DNA of 64,000 nt from Chiloscyllium plagiosum (taxonomy: Eukaryota). Each line of letters opens with the position of its first letter. The stretch's first letter is position 1. A program made the position numbers and the translations under genes. Below, one piece after another: positions 58,699-64,000 of the stretch. The notes beneath the pieces were generated by a model, which did not search any database, was not told the origin of the DNA, and worked only from the letters and a program-made list of their open reading frames with translations. The DNA lies in the NCBI RefSeq assembly GCF_004010195.1, contig NC_057750.1, forward strand, positions 6,242,438-6,306,437, read 5' to 3'.

Positions 58699-59603
58699 CA
58701 ATCCACATAATGTGCTGGTGATCTGGGTTCGAATCCTGCCAGGGCAGACAGTGGAATTTGAAATTTTTGTAAAATCTGGAATTAAGAATCCAATGATGAT
58801 CAGGAATCCAGTGTTGACTGTTGGGAAAACCCATCTGGTTCACTAATGTCCTTTCGGGAAGGAAACTGCCACCCTTACCTGGTCTGGGCCTACCCGTGAC
58901 TCCAGATCCACAGCAATGGGGTTAACTCTTAACTACCCTCTGGGGCAATTAGGGATGGGGCAATAAATGATGAGACAGCCCGAGACATCTTTCTCCAGTG
59001 AATGAATTAAAAGAAAATATAACAGGGAAAGGGCAGCAGGTAGGAATAGGCCAAATGGTCTCCTGTGATATTATGATTCTGTCTGAGGTGCGCTGCATTT
59101 TGAAAAGATCTGAAGAAGCTGATTTAACATGGAGTAGCAAAGTTCTCCCTCAGGTCCTGGGTAATGTTTATCCCTTAATCAACACCGCTGCTCATTATCA
59201 CATTTCTATTTGTGGGAGCTTACTGTGCAGAAAGTGACTGTCACATTGCCAGCGTTATTGCAACAACGACTACGCATCAAAAGGACTGTATTGAGCCCTC
59301 ACGGATGTACACAGACTCCCAGCCACGGATACAGCAGCACAGGGCTGCACCTTATGCCCCTACGCCATCACGTAGCCGTATGGTAGGGGTTCAGCCCCAT
59401 GACAGAACGCGGCATCCCACAGCACTCTGAGATCTCTGTGCTCCCTGAGATCCAGCCTCGCCCCTCTCTCCTGGTTTTCACTGAGGAACTATCACAGGCC
59501 GTGCCTTCAGCTGCCCGTTTCCCAAGCTCCGGAATTCCCATCCCTAAGCCTCCCAGCCTCTCTCTCCTCTTGGACCAAGCCACTCAGCTACCTGTCCCAA
59601 TAG

Positions 59604-59977
59604 CATAGAGGGAGCTTTACGCTGTTATCTAACTTCATGCTGTCCCTGTCCCAAGAGGGTTTGATGGGGACAGTGTAGAGGAAGCTTTACTCTGTATCTA
59701 ACCCCGTGCTGTCCCTGTCCAGCGAGTGTTTGATGGGGACAGTGTAGAGCGAGCTTTACTCTGTATCTAATCCTGTGCTGTCCTGTCCTGGGAGTGTTTG
59801 ATGGGGACAGTGTAGAAGGAGCTTTACTCTGTATCTAACCCTGTGCTGCCCCTGTCCTGGGAGTGTTTGATGAGGGACGGTGTAGAAGGAGCTGTACTCT
59901 GTATCTAACCCCGTGCTGTCCCTGTCCTGTGTTTGATGGGGGAACCGTGTAGAGGGAGCTGTCCTTTGTATCTAACC
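59604..59977 (+). repeat. 69-bp minisatellite array (~5 copies)
   Basis: Same unit, more diverged. Confidence 0.9.
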
Positions 59978-60914
59978 TCACCCACGGCTGAGGGTCGAAT
60001 CTGTCTTTTGGTAACTGCTCTGGTTGGTTGCAGGTTCTAGTTAAATGCAATTGGCTGCTGCCGTTAGCTGGCTGAGATAGAAGTGGAACAAAACCTTCAA
60101 ACAGGCCCCATCCATCACAGGAAACATTCCCTGCAGGATTGGAACTAAAGATAGCTGTGGAAAATGTCAGTCACTGCTTTTATGACTCCCTAATGGTAAT
60201 GGGATCCCCCTATCCCAGTGGGTGCATTGCTCTGGCATTGTCTGTTTGCCCAGTCCAGGGTGTCAGTGTCTCCAATAATAACTGAGGCAGGTCGGCAGTT
60301 ACACAATGGGTAGTGATAATGTCATTGGCTTCTTCTAATTGTAGCCTGGGTGGGTGGGTTCAAATCTACCTACTTCTAAATACCTTAATTCCATCTGCTG
60401 TTGATCTGACCAATCTATTAACATCCCTCCAAGAGGGGGAGGCAATGGTATTATCGCTGAATTGGTAATCCTGAGACCCAGATAATTAATATTTTGGACA
60501 ATATGTCTTCATCACAATGACCATGATTGTTGTAAAAGCCATGAGGGTCAGAAATATTGTTTTTGGGGAAAGGAAATCTATTGTCCTACCCCAGTCTGGC
60601 CACTATGCTTTCTTTTAAACTCACTTGTGGGACAGGGACATCACTGAATGAATACTTTATTCATCCCGTGAAAGAATAAAGAAATAAAAATCTCCCTCAC
60701 ACCTTCTTCCTCAGTGTCAATTCCCCTGGCCAATCTTTGCAAACTTACTGACCGCCCATCCTACATTGTCATTGACGTCACTTACGAATTTCGCAAACGC
60801 TAAAGGACCCAGCACCTGACTCCTGTGCTTTGTCACTGCTGTCCAAGCTCCTGCCACATAAACAGCCTCCTGCCACCACCCTCTGCCTCTTATAGCCAAA
60901 CCATCTCACCAAGC

Positions 60915-61245
60915 AAAGGTGATGGCCTAGTGGTATTATCGCTGGGCTGTTAATCCAGAAACTCAGCTAGTGTCCTTGGGACCCAGGTTCAAATCCTGCC
61001 ACAGCACAATTTGTATCTGATAAATATCTGGAACTAAGTGTCTAACAATGACCTTGAATCAATAGTCTTAAAAAATCCCCTTCTGGGTCACTAATGTCCT
61101 TTAGGGAAGGAAACTGCCATCCTTACCTGGTCTGGCCTACATGTGACTCCAGACCCTTGATGCTTAACTGCCCTGTGGGCAATTAGGGACAGACAATAAA
61201 TACTGCCTATCCAGTGATGCCCTCACCCCACAAGTGATTCCAAAG
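60915..61245 (+). mobile_element. tRNA-derived SINE with CR1-like tail, near full length
   Basis: A box tggcctagtgg, B box ggttcaaatcc, tail gggcaattaggga...aataaatactgcc. Confidence 0.75.
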
Positions 61246-61361
61246 AATCATAGTGGCTGGACTGGGTTAGAACAGCAGATTTACTTCACTTACAATGACC
61301 TTGGCTCTTAGAACAATCGTGGTCAGTGACAAAGACATATTGTCCAAAATATTAATTAATA

Positions 61362-61551
61362 CACAGAGTTCCCGGTCTGACTTACAAACGAACATACTTA
61401 TGAATGCGATCCCATACAGGGGAGTAATTTTAAAGATTTAAAACCCTTTCTGTACTTGCGAGCAGCTACCTTATAATACTTTGCACTCTGTACAAGTTCA
61501 CTTGCAAACAAACTCCACAACAGAGTGAATTCACCATTCGGGGACTGCCTG
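61362..61551. mobile_element. Possible Tigger-like MITE
   Basis: Right end cggggactgcctg (reverse of caggcagtccccg), gacttacaaac subterminal motif, TA at the left end. Confidence 0.35.
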
Positions 61552-61604
61552 TGTCACTGACAAGACAGATATAGATACTCTGCAAAACCAGATCCACTGG
61601 ATAC

Positions 61605-61748
61605 AGCCATGATGTGGAGGTGCTGGTGTTGGACTGGGGTCAGAAGTCACGAGACACCAGATTATAGTCCAACAGGATTATTTGAAATCCTCTGATGAAG
61701 GAGCAGCACTTCGAAAGCTTGTGATTTCAAATAATGGTGTTACTTCTG
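61605..61748. mobile_element. PLE family A-related fold-back fragment with hammerhead core
   Basis: CTGATGAaggagcagcacttcGAAAgctt; flanked by actggatac direct repeats. Confidence 0.65.
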
Positions 61749-61770
61749 ACTGGATACTGCAGTAGATGGT

Positions 61771-62150
61771 ACCCGGGTCCCTGGCGCTGTGAGACGGCAG
61801 TGCTAACCATTTAGCCACTGTGGCTAAACGGTTAGCACTGCTGTCTCACAGCGCCAGGGACCCGGGTTCAATTCTACCCTCGGGTGACTGTGTGGAGTTT
61901 ACACATTCTCCCTGTGTCTGCGTGGGTTTCCTCCGGGTGCTCCGGTTTCCTCAAACAGTCCAAAGATGTGCAGGTTAGGGTGGATTGGCCATGTTAAATT
62001 GTCCTAATGTGTCTAAGGATGTGCAAGCTAGGCTGGTTAGCCATGGAAATGCAGGGATACAGTAAGGGGGTGTGTCTGGGATACTTGTCTGAGGACCAGT
62101 GCAGATTTGATGGGCTGAAAGGCCCCTATCCAGTCTGTAGGGATTCGATG
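61771..62150 (+). mobile_element. HE1-like SINE with an inverted duplication of its 5' head
   Basis: 48-bp palindromic arms around 61819, followed by the V-domain and tail. Confidence 0.85.
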
Positions 62151-62967
62151 CTCATAAGGAGGTAGGAGGTAGGAGCGGAATTAGGCCATTTGGCCCATTG
62201 AGGTGCAAGTGAGTACTGGAGATTAGAGTCTAGAGTATGGTGCTGGAAAAGCACAGTAGGTCAGGCAGCATCCAAGGAGCAGGAGAGTTGGCCCATTGAG
62301 TCTGCTCCACCACTCGATCGTGTAACAGAGTGGGGTCACATGACTGTGTTTGAGAGTAGATAAACAAATATTAGATAACTTCCCTGGAGCAATAGCCTTT
62401 ACCCCACACCCTCCCTCCCGTCTCTTCTCTGAAAATTCTCTCATCAAGGTTGGTGAGGTGCAACCCCACTGGAAAGCATCATCACCACCAGGAGGATTTC
62501 TAAAGGACAATTCGAAACCTGCGCCTCCATAAAAGGGGATTCAGCCGGTCATAACTGGTCCAGGCAGAAACCCCAGTGCCAATGGGTTTTGGAGCAAAGT
62601 GAGCTCAGCTTCAGACCAATGTTTGGATGACTCTTCCACCCACAGTCCAAAGATGTTCAGGTTGGGGTGGATCGGCTCTGGGAAATGCAAGGTTACAGGG
62701 ATAGGGTCAGGGTGAGGATCTGGGTGGGGTGCTCTTCAGAGGGTTGGTGTGGACTCGATGGGCCAGATGGTCTGCTTCCACACTGTAGGCATCCTGTGAT
62801 CTTCAGTTGCGTCTGAAATGGCTGAGTAAGCCGCTCAGTACAGGGACAATCAGGGACGGATGCCAAACGTTTCAGGCCTTGCCAGTGACATCCACATCGC
62901 GTGAAAGAATAAGTAAAAATACCTCAGACACAATTTCATTAAAATATTTTTTTAAATGATTATCCAT

Positions 62968-64000
62968 TGTGATGACGCTGCTTCTTCAACAAGGTTATGT
63001 TGTCCTTGGCTATTTTGTTTCAGGAGATCATAAAAATACAAGTTCCAAAAAAGTCGACGTTTGGATGGGTTTTGGGACCAGTTTGATTATAGCTAACAGA
63101 TACTGCTTCAGGAAAAAGGCTTTCAAGTTTTAAAAAAACATTTGTACTTACCTAAGTATGAAGGGAATTGATAAGATCGAAGCAGAGATGATGTTGCCAC
63201 TGGTGGGTGAAACTGGGACAAGAGGGTGTTGTCTCAAAATTAGCGGGAGCAGATTTGGGACAGAATCGAGAAGGAATGTCTTCACCCAGAAGGCTTTGTA
63301 ACTCTATGGAATTACCTGCCCAGAGAAGCAGTTGACGTTACTTCAGTAAACATTTTTAAAGCCAAGGTGGGTTTTTTTTTTAACAATAAAAGAGTTAAGA
63401 GATATGATGAGAGGGTGGGTTAGTGGATAATTATTTGAACAGTGAAGGAATGAAAGGTTATGGTGAAGGGGGCGGGTAAGTGGAGCTGAGTCCACGATAC
63501 AGATCAGCCATGATCTTACTGAATGGGGGAGCAGGCTGGAGGAGCCAGATGGCTCACTCCTGCTCCTTGTTCCTATGCTCTTATGTCCAATGAAAGGGGA
63601 GTGGCCAGCTCAGCTCTTCTCTGGTTTGGTTTGGGTTTTAGCAGGCTGGATATTCACTGAAAGCAGTCAGGCAGGTTTGGGCCTGCTAGCCCAGGAAGAA
63701 TCTACATGAAAGAGGGTGGTCCACACTGAATCCCTCTGTTGTCTCTCTCTCTCTCTCTCTCTGTGACCTCTCTCTTGTAAGACCCTGCGTTTGATTTTTC
63801 CTTTTCATGCCAAGGAGTGTTATGGGGATTGTTGCATGTATTGCGAACAGCATCATTAAGTTGGGATGATCTGTTGGGTTTTTGGAGAGGTTAAGTTTCA
63901 TTCAGTAATCTTGCAAATAAATTCTGTTTTGTTTAAACTAAGTGGGTTTGACCAGCTGCATCTCACCAGGAATATCCACTATACACCTGCAACGAGCAAA
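62968..64000 (+). mobile_element. Possible LTR-like element interrupted by a CR1 3' fragment (~63150-63585)
   Basis: Begins TG (tgtgatgac), has a (CT)n tract and AATAAA near 63916. The CR1 tail gatcagccatgatcttactgaatgggggagcagg...cctatgctcttatg is clear; LTR identity is inferred. Confidence 0.35.

Overview
Repeat-dense vertebrate genomic DNA, most likely from a cartilaginous fish (shark). That assignment is inferred from the HE1-type V-SINEs, HER1/CR1-type LINEs and Deu-domain SINEs. The only confidently identified gene is a minus-strand kinesin light chain, most resembling the KLC3 lineage. Six coding exons (22225-21989, 18448-18221, 16219-16147, 10804-10579, 4353-4266, 1322-1221; 954 nt, 318 aa) have canonical, phase-consistent GT-AG junctions. 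The gene continues past the left edge and its 5' UTR/promoter is not resolved. The rest is mostly CR1/HER1, Rex1/Babar, L2 and Penelope-like (PLE) retroelements, tRNA-derived SINEs, Tigger-like MITEs, 53-bp and 69-bp tandem arrays, and three assembly gaps. The most notable signals are: (1) more than 15 short PLE-derived inserts of at least four families, many carrying minimal hammerhead-ribozyme cores and several being TSD-flanked fold-back hairpins; (2) a triple-nested LINE/SINE/LINE junction copied about 39.6 kb into a KLC intron; (3) a candidate 10-nt 5'-UTR microexon; (4) a possible unannotated spliced minus-strand gene at 46.4-49.9 kb. Family names are from recognition, not database searches, and repeat boundaries are approximate.
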